Virus record (IMG/VR): IMGVR_UViG_3300034068_000720
Location: 1-52,670 of that record
DNA: 52,670 bases
Reading direction: 5' to 3' (one strand)
From: a virus
Lineage: Duplodnaviria; Caudoviricetes
The translations under genes were made by a program, and so were the position numbers. Below the pieces are notes generated by a model. It searched no databases. It saw nothing but the letters and a program-made list of their open reading frames with translations, and was not told the origin of the DNA. This document shows, piece after piece, positions 20,330-28,033 of the stretch (the stretch's first letter is position 1; the number at the start of each line of letters is the position of its first letter).

Positions 20330-20881
20330 GGCTTCATCGACACTTAGCCTTGTTCTTTCAACTTGGCATTGTAATACTACACTGATTGCAATGCGAGGTT
20401 TCTCTTTGGTGAAAACAACATGCGGAATACCTGCGTGTATGATGTTGGCACCTATTAAGATTGCTTCTTCAATCACATCACATTCGTCACGTTGCCAACT
20501 AAGGTAAGGTGAAACTTGCTTGGTATTGATAACAGTTGGTGCTGTGTTTACATCATAAAGACTTTTAGCATTATCTTTTAAAGCAAACCACTGCATTGGT
20601 GCATCTTCTCCGCCAATAATGAAGTTTATCTTACTACAAGATTCTGTAATGTGATCTAGATCGGTATGTATCCTACGTACACTACAGTGTGCTGGTAGAT
20701 AAAATATCTCAGCAAAACTTATATGTAAATTTTTAGAGTCTGCCCAGGATAGCAACGCAGGCGAAAGTTCAGCAACAGGAAATCCAAAGTGTTTTGCTTC
20801 TATTGATGCCCATAGGTAATCAAATTGACTGTTATCAACAACTGCCCAAGGACATTCAATAGGCTTGTAATTTAGGCCCAT
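20309..20881 (-). CDS. Fe/2OG oxygenase-like protein
   Basis: RIHTD, KINF, IPHVV, PRIAISV. Confidence 0.55.
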   Translation of the reverse strand: MGLNYKPIECPWAVVDNSQFDYLWASIEAKHFGFPVAELSPALLSWADSKNLHISFAEIFYLPAHCSVRRIHTDLDHITESCSKINFIIGGEDAPMQWFALKDNAKSLYDVNTAPTVINTKQVSPYLSWQRDECDVIEEAILIGANIIHAGIPHVVFTKEKPRIAISVVLQCQVERTRLSVDEALLRIQN

Positions 20882-21678
20882 TGCATTGCTTGCCAGTGCA
20901 TTCTGATAGTGGTATAACCAGATCCAAAATAGTTTGAACCAGGCATGAACTTAAACAGTTTACCATTGTGTTCTGGATTTGCACAAATTTGCTTTACAGT
21001 TTCATAGGCAGCCTCTTCGCTCTTGGCAAAGAATACTTTGTTCTTGCCCCACATAACAGGGAATAGTAGCCCTTGTTGTTGTGCAATCACAGTGGCCCAT
21101 GTGCGTAGCGGAGCACCTGTACACCAATCATCTACAATGTAAATACCATCATCCTTTAGCTTGGGCACACACTTGCGTATTGTGTCCAAGTTTTCATCTA
21201 CACCATCACCATAGTCGTGATGAATGATGTCGTACTTGGTGTCACCAAGAGCACCTTCTGTTTGTACACATTCTAATGATAGCGGAACTCCTGTCAAGCG
21301 TTCACAGCGTTCTGTAATCCAGACGCTCATGTCAGCAGGAGTTGATAGAGTACCTAACATTTCAATTTCTTCCTTGGTCAAGCAACGATTAAAATGGTCA
21401 GCATACCATGCTCCACTGGTGTTTGCGGCTTTGGCACCAATAAAGCTAAGATGGTCAACACCTGTGAATTTTACATTGGTGTGTCCTGTTTCTGCTAGAG
21501 CTTGGTTAAAGATACCAACGCCACCGCCCAGGTAAGATCCCAGTTCTAAGAAGGTTTCAATGTTAGGCTTGCTACCAAATAGTAGCCATGATGCTATTAC
21601 ATCCTCTGGTGGGCTTAACATGCCCAATTTTAGGACATGTTGATATATGTTATTAAGGTTTCTCCAGGAATAGTCCAC
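20872..21678 (-). CDS. Class I SAM-dependent methyltransferase
   Basis: FLELGSYLGGG, YDIIHHD, GIYIVDDW. Confidence 0.8.
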   Translation of the reverse strand: MDYSWRNLNNIYQHVLKLGMLSPPEDVIASWLLFGSKPNIETFLELGSYLGGGVGIFNQALAETGHTNVKFTGVDHLSFIGAKAANTSGAWYADHFNRCLTKEEIEMLGTLSTPADMSVWITERCERLTGVPLSLECVQTEGALGDTKYDIIHHDYGDGVDENLDTIRKCVPKLKDDGIYIVDDWCTGAPLRTWATVIAQQQGLLFPVMWGKNKVFFAKSEEAAYETVKQICANPEHNGKLFKFMPGSNYFGSGYTTIRMHWQAMQWA

Positions 21679-21700
21679 TTTTTCTCCGATAAGTATGTTT

Positions 21701-22240
21701 ATGCTTGATGACTTTTACGTTTACGAAACACCAGATTTTCTTGATGTCAACTACATCACTAACTTAGTTATGCAGAAGTTAGAGACTGATTTTGTCCTTC
21801 AGGGCTATGTCAGAATTGATGCCACACAAGATCCATATCTAAAAACTATTTTAGAACGCTTTCCATTCATTGGTGGTTGGCTCAATATCTACCATACTAA
21901 ACCAGAGGGATATATTCCTTTGCACATTGACGGCCATAGACTTGCGGCCTTTAACATTCCTATTAGTGGCTGTGATGAAACAAGTCAAACAATTTATTAT
22001 GAACCTGTTGGTGAAGTAGAAAAGGTTTACAAGCCAGATGAACGTCATTACCGGATCAATGGTGAGATGCAGGAAGTATATCGCTTTGCACTGACCAGAC
22101 CTGCACTAATACGAAACGATGTAGCCCATGATGTCAAGCGATTCAATGCCACCAGTACCAGGATCATTGCCAGCTGGGGAGTTGGCGGAACTTTTGAAGA
22201 ATGTAGAGATTTGTTCAAATCAATCTTGGAAAAAAGTTAA
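21701..22240 (+). CDS. Fe/2OG oxygenase-like protein
   Basis: PLHIDG, AFNIPI, VAHDV, RIIASW; start 5 nt after TAAGTA. Confidence 0.6.
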   Translation: MLDDFYVYETPDFLDVNYITNLVMQKLETDFVLQGYVRIDATQDPYLKTILERFPFIGGWLNIYHTKPEGYIPLHIDGHRLAAFNIPISGCDETSQTIYYEPVGEVEKVYKPDERHYRINGEMQEVYRFALTRPALIRNDVAHDVKRFNATSTRIIASWGVGGTFEECRDLFKSILEKS

Positions 22241-22258
22241 ATTATTTTACTAAAAGAC

Positions 22259-22287
22259 TTGACTTTTAAGTTAAACGGATATATAAT
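22259..22287 (+). promoter_or_regulatory. sigma70 promoter of tRNA array 1 leader
   Basis: TTGACT-17-TATAAT; ATG 6 nt downstream. Confidence 0.8.
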
Positions 22288-22293
22288 AACACT

Positions 22294-22359
22294 ATGCTAA
22301 ACATTAATCTATTACCAGGTAACACAGGAACAGCCTTAGAGGATACTCCAAGGCCGTAA
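22294..22359 (+). CDS. Putative leader (attenuator) peptide 1, MLNINLLPGNTGTALEDTPRP
   Basis: Starts at predicted transcription start; stop codon lies in the 5' strand of the antiterminator; composition matches array 1 tRNAs. Confidence 0.7.
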   Translation: MLNINLLPGNTGTALEDTPRP

Positions 22360-22419
22360 ATCTACACACCTAGTAAAGATTACGGCCCTGGAACTAAACA
22401 CTCCAGGGTTTTGCTTTTT
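22347..22419 (+). terminator. Attenuator 1: antiterminator overlapping intrinsic terminator
   Basis: TCCAAGGCCGTAAATCT (22347-63) pairs AGATTACGGCCCTGGA (22377-92); terminator CCCTGGA/TCCAGGG + TTTTGCTTTTT. Confidence 0.75.
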
Positions 22420-22441
22420 AGCAAGCTAGAATTTTTTTGAT

Positions 22442-22517
22442 GCGGGATTAGCTCAGTTGGTAGAGCGATACCTTGCCAAGGTATAGGTCGAGAGTTCGAG
22501 CCTCTTATCCCGCTCCA
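22442..22517 (+). tRNA. tRNA-Gly(GCC)
   Basis: Cloverleaf, anticodon loop TTGCCAA, CCA end. Confidence 0.95.
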
Positions 22518-22531
22518 AAAGAGTTTTAAAG

Positions 22532-22597
22532 TGTTGTAAAAATACAACAAAAAACTTTCAAATAAGTGTTGACAAAGTGGCTTAACTGTCGTATAAT
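22532..22597 (+). promoter_or_regulatory. Palindromic operator plus sigma70 promoter inside array 1
   Basis: TGTTGTAAAAATACAACA; TTGACA-17-TATAAT. Confidence 0.75.
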
Positions 22598-22636
22598 TGA
22601 TACTTACACAGCAACAAACGATAGAGTAGTTGTTTA

Positions 22637-22648
22637 GTTCTTTAACAA
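22637..22648 (+). promoter_or_regulatory. boxA-like antitermination element
   Basis: GTTCTTTAACAA about 35 nt after the predicted start; close to rrn boxA GCTCTTTAACA. Confidence 0.55.
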
Positions 22649-22721
22649 TTTAGTGGCAATTTTTATGTAAGCACATTAACTTGAACGGATTCTTTCCTAG
22701 TATTGCTTTTGTGTTTACCAT

Positions 22722-22796
22722 GCTCGATTCGTCTATCGGTTAGGACGCTGGCCTTTCACGCCGGAAAGAGGGGTTCGATTCCCCTATCGAGTACCA
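22722..22796 (+). tRNA. tRNA-Glu(TTC)
   Basis: Cloverleaf, loop CTTTCAC, CCA. Confidence 0.93.
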
Positions 22797-22943
22797 TTTG
22801 TTTAGTGTTATCAGGGTATCGTGTGCAGACGTGTACACTATGCGGGCCTAACTGGCGAGGGACAGGTCCTAATATAACTGCTTAGTCGCTATGGACGGAA
22901 GCGCAACTGACTCCTAAATTGAGCAGATAGCACTAAACAAATG
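22795..22943 (+). ncRNA. Unrecognised structured RNA closed by an 18-bp stem
   Basis: CATTTGTTTAGTGTTATC / GATAGCACTAAACAAATG enclosing a GC-richer 113 nt; fills the space between two tRNAs. Confidence 0.6.
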
Positions 22944-22946
22944 TAT

Positions 22947-23031
22947 GCGAGTATGGAGAAATCGGTATACTCAAGAGACTTAAAATCTCTCGTCGAAAGG
23001 CATCCCGGTTCGACCCCGGGTACTCGCACCA
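22947..23031 (+). tRNA. tRNA-Leu(TAA)
   Basis: Loop CTTAAAA, variable arm, CCA. Confidence 0.93.
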
Positions 23032-23037
23032 AGTTTA

Positions 23038-23114
23038 GGAGTGGTAGATCAGCTGGTTAGATTACCTGCCTGTCACGCAGGGGGTCGCGGGTTCGAGTCC
23101 CGTCCACTCCGCCA
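23038..23114 (+). tRNA. tRNA-Asp(GTC)
   Basis: Loop CTGTCAC, CCA. Confidence 0.95.
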
Positions 23115-23117
23115 AAT

Positions 23118-23310
23118 CCCGTTACTATTTTCGTTAAAATAGCGTTTGATTAGCGATAGAGATCCGGTGGCAGAAAACCGTAAGCGTGGGGCTGGAAACT
23201 ACCCCTACAGACTCTGATAGGCAGTATCCTTCTGCACACAGACTTTGAATAAAAAGGATGGACAGAGTAACCGCTCAATTTAAGGGCTGGTGTGGAAACC
23301 AGTAGCTTAA
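23118..23310 (+). ncRNA. Unrecognised ~190-nt structured RNA, copy 1
   Basis: Shares ordered motifs and a covarying 3' hairpin with 25559..25746. Confidence 0.65.
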
Positions 23311-23319
23311 TCCTAATTT

Positions 23320-23393
23320 TGTAGCAGTAGTAGTTACGGGCACTTCCGGCAACAGGAGGCGCTGACTAGCAGGGTGCAACTCCCTCGGCTACA
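23320..23393 (+). ncRNA. tRNA-like element (acceptor-like stem and T-arm, no D-arm, no CCA)
   Basis: TGTAGC/GCTACA stem, AGGG-TGCAACT-CCCT T-arm, long irregular central hairpin. Confidence 0.45.
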
Positions 23394-23401
23394 TCTATTT
23401 T

Positions 23402-23462
23402 GAGAGCCACATCGCCTGGATACTTCCTCCTTGGAGCACTAGGTCCTGCAACCGTGGCTCTC
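23402..23462 (+). ncRNA. Small structured RNA hairpin
   Basis: GAGAGCCAC/GTGGCTCTC outer stem; CCTGG/CTAGG inner stem. Confidence 0.45.
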
Positions 23463-23466
23463 CCTT

Positions 23467-23551
23467 ATATTAAAACACATTGACGTGTGACTGCGTCACT
23501 GTCTCAGTGAGAGGCCTGTTAAAGCTACAGGACATCAGTGTGTTTCAATAT
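23467..23551 (+). ncRNA. Stem-enclosed element directly upstream of tRNA-Leu(TAG)
   Basis: ATATTAAAACACATTGA / TCAGTGTGTTTCAATAT; same stem family as 24861..24943. Confidence 0.55.
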
Positions 23552-23555
23552 GATA

Positions 23556-23640
23556 GCCCCCTTGGCGGAATTGGTAGACGCGGCAGATTTAGGTTCTGTT
23601 ATCGAAAGGTGTGAGAGTTCGAGTCTCTTGGGGGGCACCA
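23556..23640 (+). tRNA. tRNA-Leu(TAG)
   Basis: Loop TTTAGGT, variable arm, CCA. Confidence 0.93.
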
Positions 23641-23649
23641 GGTTTTGAT

Positions 23650-23760
23650 GAGGGGGAGTGTGCATAGCGGCCCTGGGCCTACGGTGCCTACTCTTAAACA
23701 ACAGCAGAGCAGTTACGCAAACATCGTAACATAAGACTTGGAGCCACTCCTGTGCCCCTT
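23650..23760 (+). ncRNA. Unrecognised structured RNA
   Basis: GAGGGG/CCCCTT and GGAGTG/CACTCC closing stems; internal GTTACG/CGTAAC hairpin; no ORF. Confidence 0.45.
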
Positions 23761-23780
23761 AGCACTTTATAAATAGACGC

Positions 23781-24659
23781 ATGATACAATTAGATCAAGC
23801 AGAAGTTAGTTGGGCATTAAATGCACATTGTGGACATAAATGTTCATACTGTCATTCCCAATACAGTGGCGGTGAATTAGACAAGTCTGTTGATCAGTAT
23901 CTGGCAATTATTAAAAAATTGCAGGATACAAGATACCAGCACCATTCTAAGATATACTGGAAAATCAGTGGAGGGGAACCCCTACACTTTCCGCATCTAA
24001 GCACAGTATTAAAAAAGATGAAAGAAAAGCCTTGCGTCATACGACTGGATACCAGTGGTGATGACAATTGGTTTTCATTGTACGGTGTTATAAATCTAAT
24101 AGATAAAATAAAACTCACATATCATTCGTGGCAAAACGATGATGTGTTTGGTTTCGTACTAGAACAATGTCAAGAAAAGAATGTAAGTGTAACAATTGAA
24201 GTTCCATTGTTACCCGGTGCTATAGTAGAGTCTAGGGCCAAAGTAAAACATTTTGTAGACTTGGGATATGTATGCAATGAACAGGTACTACGTGACTTAG
24301 GTGGCGACTTACATCGGGGATATAGTCAACTTGATGAAAACAGAATCTATGGTAGACCCGATGATTGGGAACCAGAACTGGTTGTGTATAATCCAAACTT
24401 ACCAGATCCCAACTATGTAGATTTAAGTACTGTCAATAACACTGATCCTGTGTACACTGGTATGCCATGTTATGCAGGTGTTGATTGGTTGTACATAAAC
24501 CCTAGGGGATTTGCCTCATACAGCCAATGTGGTGGCAGGAACGAACACTTTAATGCGTTTGATCCTGCATGGCAACCACCCAGCAATTCGTTCCCTTGCA
24601 CAGTTAATCAGTGCAGGAGTGAACAGGATAGGACAAAAATAAGAATTCACAATTCTTAG
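23781..24659 (+). CDS. Radical SAM protein
   Basis: CGHKCSYC, SGGEP, C-terminal Cys cluster; TATAAATA 5 nt before ATG. Confidence 0.9.
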   Translation: MIQLDQAEVSWALNAHCGHKCSYCHSQYSGGELDKSVDQYLAIIKKLQDTRYQHHSKIYWKISGGEPLHFPHLSTVLKKMKEKPCVIRLDTSGDDNWFSLYGVINLIDKIKLTYHSWQNDDVFGFVLEQCQEKNVSVTIEVPLLPGAIVESRAKVKHFVDLGYVCNEQVLRDLGGDLHRGYSQLDENRIYGRPDDWEPELVVYNPNLPDPNYVDLSTVNNTDPVYTGMPCYAGVDWLYINPRGFASYSQCGGRNEHFNAFDPAWQPPSNSFPCTVNQCRSEQDRTKIRIHNS

Positions 24660-24667
24660 TACAGAAC

Positions 24668-24860
24668 GTTCCGAGTGTCTTCGGATAGTGTGACCCACAC
24701 GATGAGAAGTAGTGTGACAACTACGGGTGGTAGTCTTCGAACCCAAAGGCCGCTAGCAATGCGAGAACGGTCCCTGTCGGGAAGCGGGTGGAAGGAGTGT
24801 GTGATGGGTATGATAGCGTCATATCTTGATACTCTATAATTACCGCCGGGGGATGCAGAG
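24668..24860 (+). ncRNA. Unrecognised ~190-nt structured RNA
   Basis: GC-rich intergenic stretch with hairpins TGTC-TTCG-GATA, GTAGT/ACTAC, TCCC/GGGA, GGTATGA/TCATATC. Confidence 0.55.
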
Positions 24861-24943
24861 CATATTGAAGCACATTAAAGATAGGGTCGTAGCGGTTCCA
24901 TGAACTTGAGTACATACCAAGGTAGTTAGTGTGTTTCAATATG
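24861..24943 (+). ncRNA. Stem-enclosed element directly upstream of tRNA-Ala
   Basis: CATATTGAAGCACATTAA / TTAGTGTGTTTCAATATG, 18 bp with two G-U pairs. Confidence 0.55.
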
Positions 24944-24947
24944 TTTT

Positions 24948-25023
24948 GGGGGTGTAGCTCAGTTGGGAGAGCGTCTGCTTTGCAAGCAGAATGTCGCAGG
25001 TTCGATCCCTGTCACCTCCACCA
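24948..25023 (+). tRNA. tRNA-Ala(TGC)
   Basis: G3-U70 pair, loop TTTGCAA, CCA. Confidence 0.95.
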
Positions 25024-25040
25024 ATATTAAGGAGAAAGCT

Positions 25041-25208
25041 ATGAGTGATGGCGGTAAAGGATCTGCGCCAAGGCCAAAAAGTGTTGATGCAAATACATTT
25101 GCAAGCAATTGGGAATTGGCGTTTGGCAAGAAGAAATCTCAAGAAGAAATGATTGATGAAGAGATTGAAGTCGAAGGCACTGTCAAAGACAGTGAACAAG
25201 GCGGATAA
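25041..25208 (+). CDS. Small hypothetical protein
   Basis: AAGGAG SD; MSDGGKGSAPRP..; the ORF-track start lies inside the tRNA. Confidence 0.7.
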   Translation: MSDGGKGSAPRPKSVDANTFASNWELAFGKKKSQEEMIDEEIEVEGTVKDSEQGG

Positions 25209-25218
25209 GTAAAGTGCT

Positions 25219-25294
25219 GGGTCGTTAGCTCAGTTGGTAGAGCGTCTGCCTTACACGCAGAATGTCGGCGGTTCGAGCCCGTCACGACCCACCA
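25219..25294 (+). tRNA. tRNA-Val(TAC)
   Basis: Loop CTTACAC, CCA. Confidence 0.95.
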
Positions 25295-25301
25295 AAATTT
25301 A

Positions 25302-25377
25302 GCCCTTATAGCTCAGCTGGTAGAGCAACTGATTTGTAATCAGTAGGTCCCGTGTTCGAATCATGGTGGGGGCACCA
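25302..25377 (+). tRNA. tRNA-Thr(TGT)
   Basis: Loop TTTGTAA, CCA. Confidence 0.95.
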
Positions 25378-25384
25378 AATATCT

Positions 25385-25461
25385 CGGAGTGTAGCGCAGT
25401 CTGGTAGCGCACCTGGTTTGGGACCAGGGGGTCCAAGGTTCGAATCCTTGTACTCCGACCA
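25385..25461 (+). tRNA. tRNA-Pro(TGG)
   Basis: Loop TTTGGGA, CCA. Confidence 0.95.
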
Positions 25462-25466
25462 TGTTG

Positions 25467-25540
25467 GCGGGATTCGTAAAATGGTATTACCTTAGATTTC
25501 CAATCTAAAGTCGGGAGTTCGATTCTCCCATCCCGCTCCA
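25467..25540 (+). tRNA. tRNA-Gly(TCC)
   Basis: Loop TTTCCAA, CCA. Confidence 0.93.
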
Positions 25541-25558
25541 AGAACCCGGGCGCCCTTG

Positions 25559-25746
25559 CCCGTTATACAAAGGGGGGAATACTGGCAAACCCATAGACGC
25601 CACGGTGCATTGGATCTACCGCAAGGTTCCCTTTAGGAACTACTTGAGAAATCACAAAGGCAGGGACGCTAACCTGTCTAAATAGAAAAGTACGTAGACA
25701 GAGTAGACTGCTCAGTCCGGGGCCTATGTGGTGTAGGTAGCCGGAC
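25559..25746 (+). ncRNA. Unrecognised ~190-nt structured RNA, copy 2
   Basis: Homologous in motif order and structure to 23118..23310. Confidence 0.65.
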
Positions 25747-25755
25747 ACTAATTAT

Positions 25756-25831
25756 CGCGGGGTACGTCAGTGGCCAGACTGCTAGGCTCATAACCTAGAA
25801 GACGGAGGTTCGAATCCTTCCCCCGCAACCA
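25756..25831 (+). tRNA. tRNA-fMet(CAT), initiator type
   Basis: CGCGGGG start with C1:A72 mismatch, loop CTCATAA, CCA. Confidence 0.9.
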
Positions 25832-25837
25832 ACACAT

Positions 25838-25913
25838 TCCCTGATAGCTCAGTTGGTAGAGCACACGACTGTTAATCGTGTTGTCCCTGGTTCGAGCCCA
25901 GGTCGGGGAGCCA
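25838..25913 (+). tRNA. tRNA-Asn(GTT)
   Basis: Loop CTGTTAA, CCA. Confidence 0.95.
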
Positions 25914-25941
25914 AATATGCCACTAAATTGTTAAAAAACAC

Positions 25942-25970
25942 TTGACCATTCTGCGGATTTCATGTATAAT
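25942..25970 (+). promoter_or_regulatory. sigma70-type promoter
   Basis: TTGACC-17-TATAAT. Confidence 0.65.
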
Positions 25971-25998
25971 AGCGTTATTATACAGCAGAAAGAGCACC

Positions 25999-26400
25999 AT
26001 GGAATACCACATTGAAGCAGGTCCTAAAACACGCCGCTACATTGAGGCCATTCTGCCCAGCATGATGACTCAACTGGGACTGAACCGTAGTCGTCGCTTG
26101 TTAATGATCAAAGTGGATCGTGACCTTGAGGACCAAGGTTCCACCATACCAATGTTGGGAATTGATACCTTTTTGGTGGTACTCAAGCCCACACGTAATA
26201 TCTTAAATTTAGGCATAACCCTGGCACACGAGCTTACCCATGTAGCGCAATTTGCCAATGGTACTTTGCAGGTAACCCCAAAAGGTAAAAAATGGAAGGG
26301 CAAGTTCTATCCGACAGCGCACCCTTACTTGGAACAACCGTGGGAAGTGCAGGCGTTTGCTAGACAAGAGATTGTTTTCAGAAAAGCAATAGAAAAATAA
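25999..26400 (+). CDS. Putative Zn metallopeptidase
   Basis: TLAHELTHVAQ (HExxH), PWEVQA. Confidence 0.75.
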   Translation: MEYHIEAGPKTRRYIEAILPSMMTQLGLNRSRRLLMIKVDRDLEDQGSTIPMLGIDTFLVVLKPTRNILNLGITLAHELTHVAQFANGTLQVTPKGKKWKGKFYPTAHPYLEQPWEVQAFARQEIVFRKAIEK

Positions 26401-26415
26401 TAGTTAAATAATACT

Positions 26416-26622
26416 ATGAATATCTCAAGAGCTGAACAAAGTAATATTCGCTACAGCCAAGAGCAGTATCGTCTGCAACAGATCCAATCTGAAAATTTAC
26501 AAACCAAATATCATCAAAAAATTGTAGAACAACGCAGTTATGAAAGACTCATTGCTGAACGGGTTAGTCGTAATCTTCGTTTAGATTTAGACAAAGGCCG
26601 CAACGTAGACATTGAATGTTAA
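26416..26622 (+). CDS. Hypothetical protein
   Basis: TAAATA-N5-ATG; ends DKGRNVDIEC. Confidence 0.6.
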   Translation: MNISRAEQSNIRYSQEQYRLQQIQSENLQTKYHQKIVEQRSYERLIAERVSRNLRLDLDKGRNVDIEC

Positions 26623-26631
26623 GGAAGTATT

Positions 26632-27087
26632 ATGCCTTGGATTGAAAATGTAAGCCTGGGTGATATCCCAAAAGCCAAACACCACAACGCAGGTGAGAAT
26701 AGTATGCTGATTCAAATTGTTGACCCAGATATGACTTTTCCTGCACCTATGCACCAGTTCAAAGAAACACACCAGTTCAAGTTCTTAGATCTTGAAGGAC
26801 CCGACGCTTACGGACATGAATTTAAAGTTACCGATGAGCAGGCGGAAAGTCTGGTTCAGCTCTTGCAACATGCCTTGGCTAATAGAATGAATGTTGTTGT
26901 GCATTGTGTTGCAGGTGTTTGCCGTAGTGGTGCAGTCTGCGAAGTTGGAGTCATGATGGGCTTTGATGACTGTGAAGCATTTCGTAGTCCCAACCTGCTG
27001 GTCAAGCACAAGATGATGAAGTACTTAGGCTGGACTTACGATGAAAATGAACCACATTCGATCAATGGTGATGCAACCGATTGGTAA
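26632..27087 (+). CDS. Protein-tyrosine/dual-specificity phosphatase-like protein
   Basis: VHCVAGVCRS (CX5R), PNLLV. Confidence 0.85.
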   Translation: MPWIENVSLGDIPKAKHHNAGENSMLIQIVDPDMTFPAPMHQFKETHQFKFLDLEGPDAYGHEFKVTDEQAESLVQLLQHALANRMNVVVHCVAGVCRSGAVCEVGVMMGFDDCEAFRSPNLLVKHKMMKYLGWTYDENEPHSINGDATDW

Positions 27088-27090
27088 GCA

Positions 27091-27261
27091 ATGAACTGGC
27101 TACGTTATAGTGGAATATGGGTTACATTGGTTTGTAACCCATATCATTGGCGAGTTTCGTTTAGAAATGAATCTGACTCGGCTTGGCCAGATACCAAAGA
27201 ATACTCAATACAATTAGTATGTGTATCAGTTCGTGTTGTCATTGACAACGGCAGTTATTAA
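27091..27261 (+). CDS. Small hypothetical protein (56 aa)
   Basis: Open frame MNWLRYSGIWV..VIDNGSY filling the gap. Confidence 0.55.
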   Translation: MNWLRYSGIWVTLVCNPYHWRVSFRNESDSAWPDTKEYSIQLVCVSVRVVIDNGSY

Positions 27262-27995
27262 AGACTCTTATCCATTAGCTTTTCGTAACCTGCCCAGTCC
27301 CACTCTACCAACAAGAACATTAGGATCTTGCTGTAGCCTGGGACTTTTCTTGCGGCATGGCAATACTCGGAATTGTTAAACACAAAAGTATTTGACTCTG
27401 TTTCTCTATAGGCATCTATCAAGAATGATTCTTTTGTAGGATCAACTGTTAGTCTTTCATATCCCCAACCAAGACTTGCATCTGGCTTTGGATGTAACCA
27501 AAAAGTTGGTTCTGGATTTTCATCGTGTAGCATTACACGCAAGGAAGTTGGTACACCTGGGTACTGCTCATCTAGGTCACGATGCAGGCCAATGGGGAAT
27601 CTATTTTCCCAGCACTTAGCATGGATAACGTTCTTGATTGGTAGGTGCTGATACAGTTGTTCAAACAGCTTGGGAAACTCTTTAGCACCATCAACTATCA
27701 CATGTTGCATGGATGTGTCGTCAGTGGGAGTCATGTACCAACCGCGCCAATTACAACCATCTTCTGTGTACTCGTCCTTGAACCAGTCTTCAGCGGCAGC
27801 TTTTGCCCTAGCTTCTTCTCGATCAAAAGGATATCCGTTTGTTTTTTTCAAACGTAGTACATTTCTGGATTTTTCATTGAACATATCCACAAAGTGTTCA
27901 TCAGGTATAATCCGCGGAATGTCTAGTACAACATGCGGAATGTTCTTGTATTTTTCGCCCAAGTGGCGGGGGTAGTTGTCGTTAATGTGTGCCAT
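27258..27995 (-). CDS. Fe/2OG oxygenase-like protein
   Basis: IGLHRD, FVFNN..YCHAA; start 5 nt after TAAATA. Confidence 0.55.
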   Translation of the reverse strand: MAHINDNYPRHLGEKYKNIPHVVLDIPRIIPDEHFVDMFNEKSRNVLRLKKTNGYPFDREEARAKAAAEDWFKDEYTEDGCNWRGWYMTPTDDTSMQHVIVDGAKEFPKLFEQLYQHLPIKNVIHAKCWENRFPIGLHRDLDEQYPGVPTSLRVMLHDENPEPTFWLHPKPDASLGWGYERLTVDPTKESFLIDAYRETESNTFVFNNSEYCHAARKVPGYSKILMFLLVEWDWAGYEKLMDKSL

Positions 27996-28033
27996 GCAGA
28001 TATTTAGCATCGATGATTGTGCTATATACTGAT

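Noticed and set aside
23402-23462. SAM-SAH riboswitch or HDV-like ribozyme
   Set aside because: CTTCCT and GGAGCA words are present, but their order and pairing do not fit either consensus by eye.
22667-24943. Stem repeats as a CRISPR array
   Set aside because: They are inverted pairs at irregular spacing, not regular direct repeats, and no cas genes are present.
25541-25552. RNase P RNA 3' signature (AGAACCCGG)
   Set aside because: No matching GAGGAAAGTCC 5' element upstream; the word directly follows a tRNA.
22703-25748. ORF-track entries at 22703, 24516, 24721, 24936, 25299 and 25563
   Set aside because: They overlap tRNAs or structured RNAs and have no SD or protein-like character.
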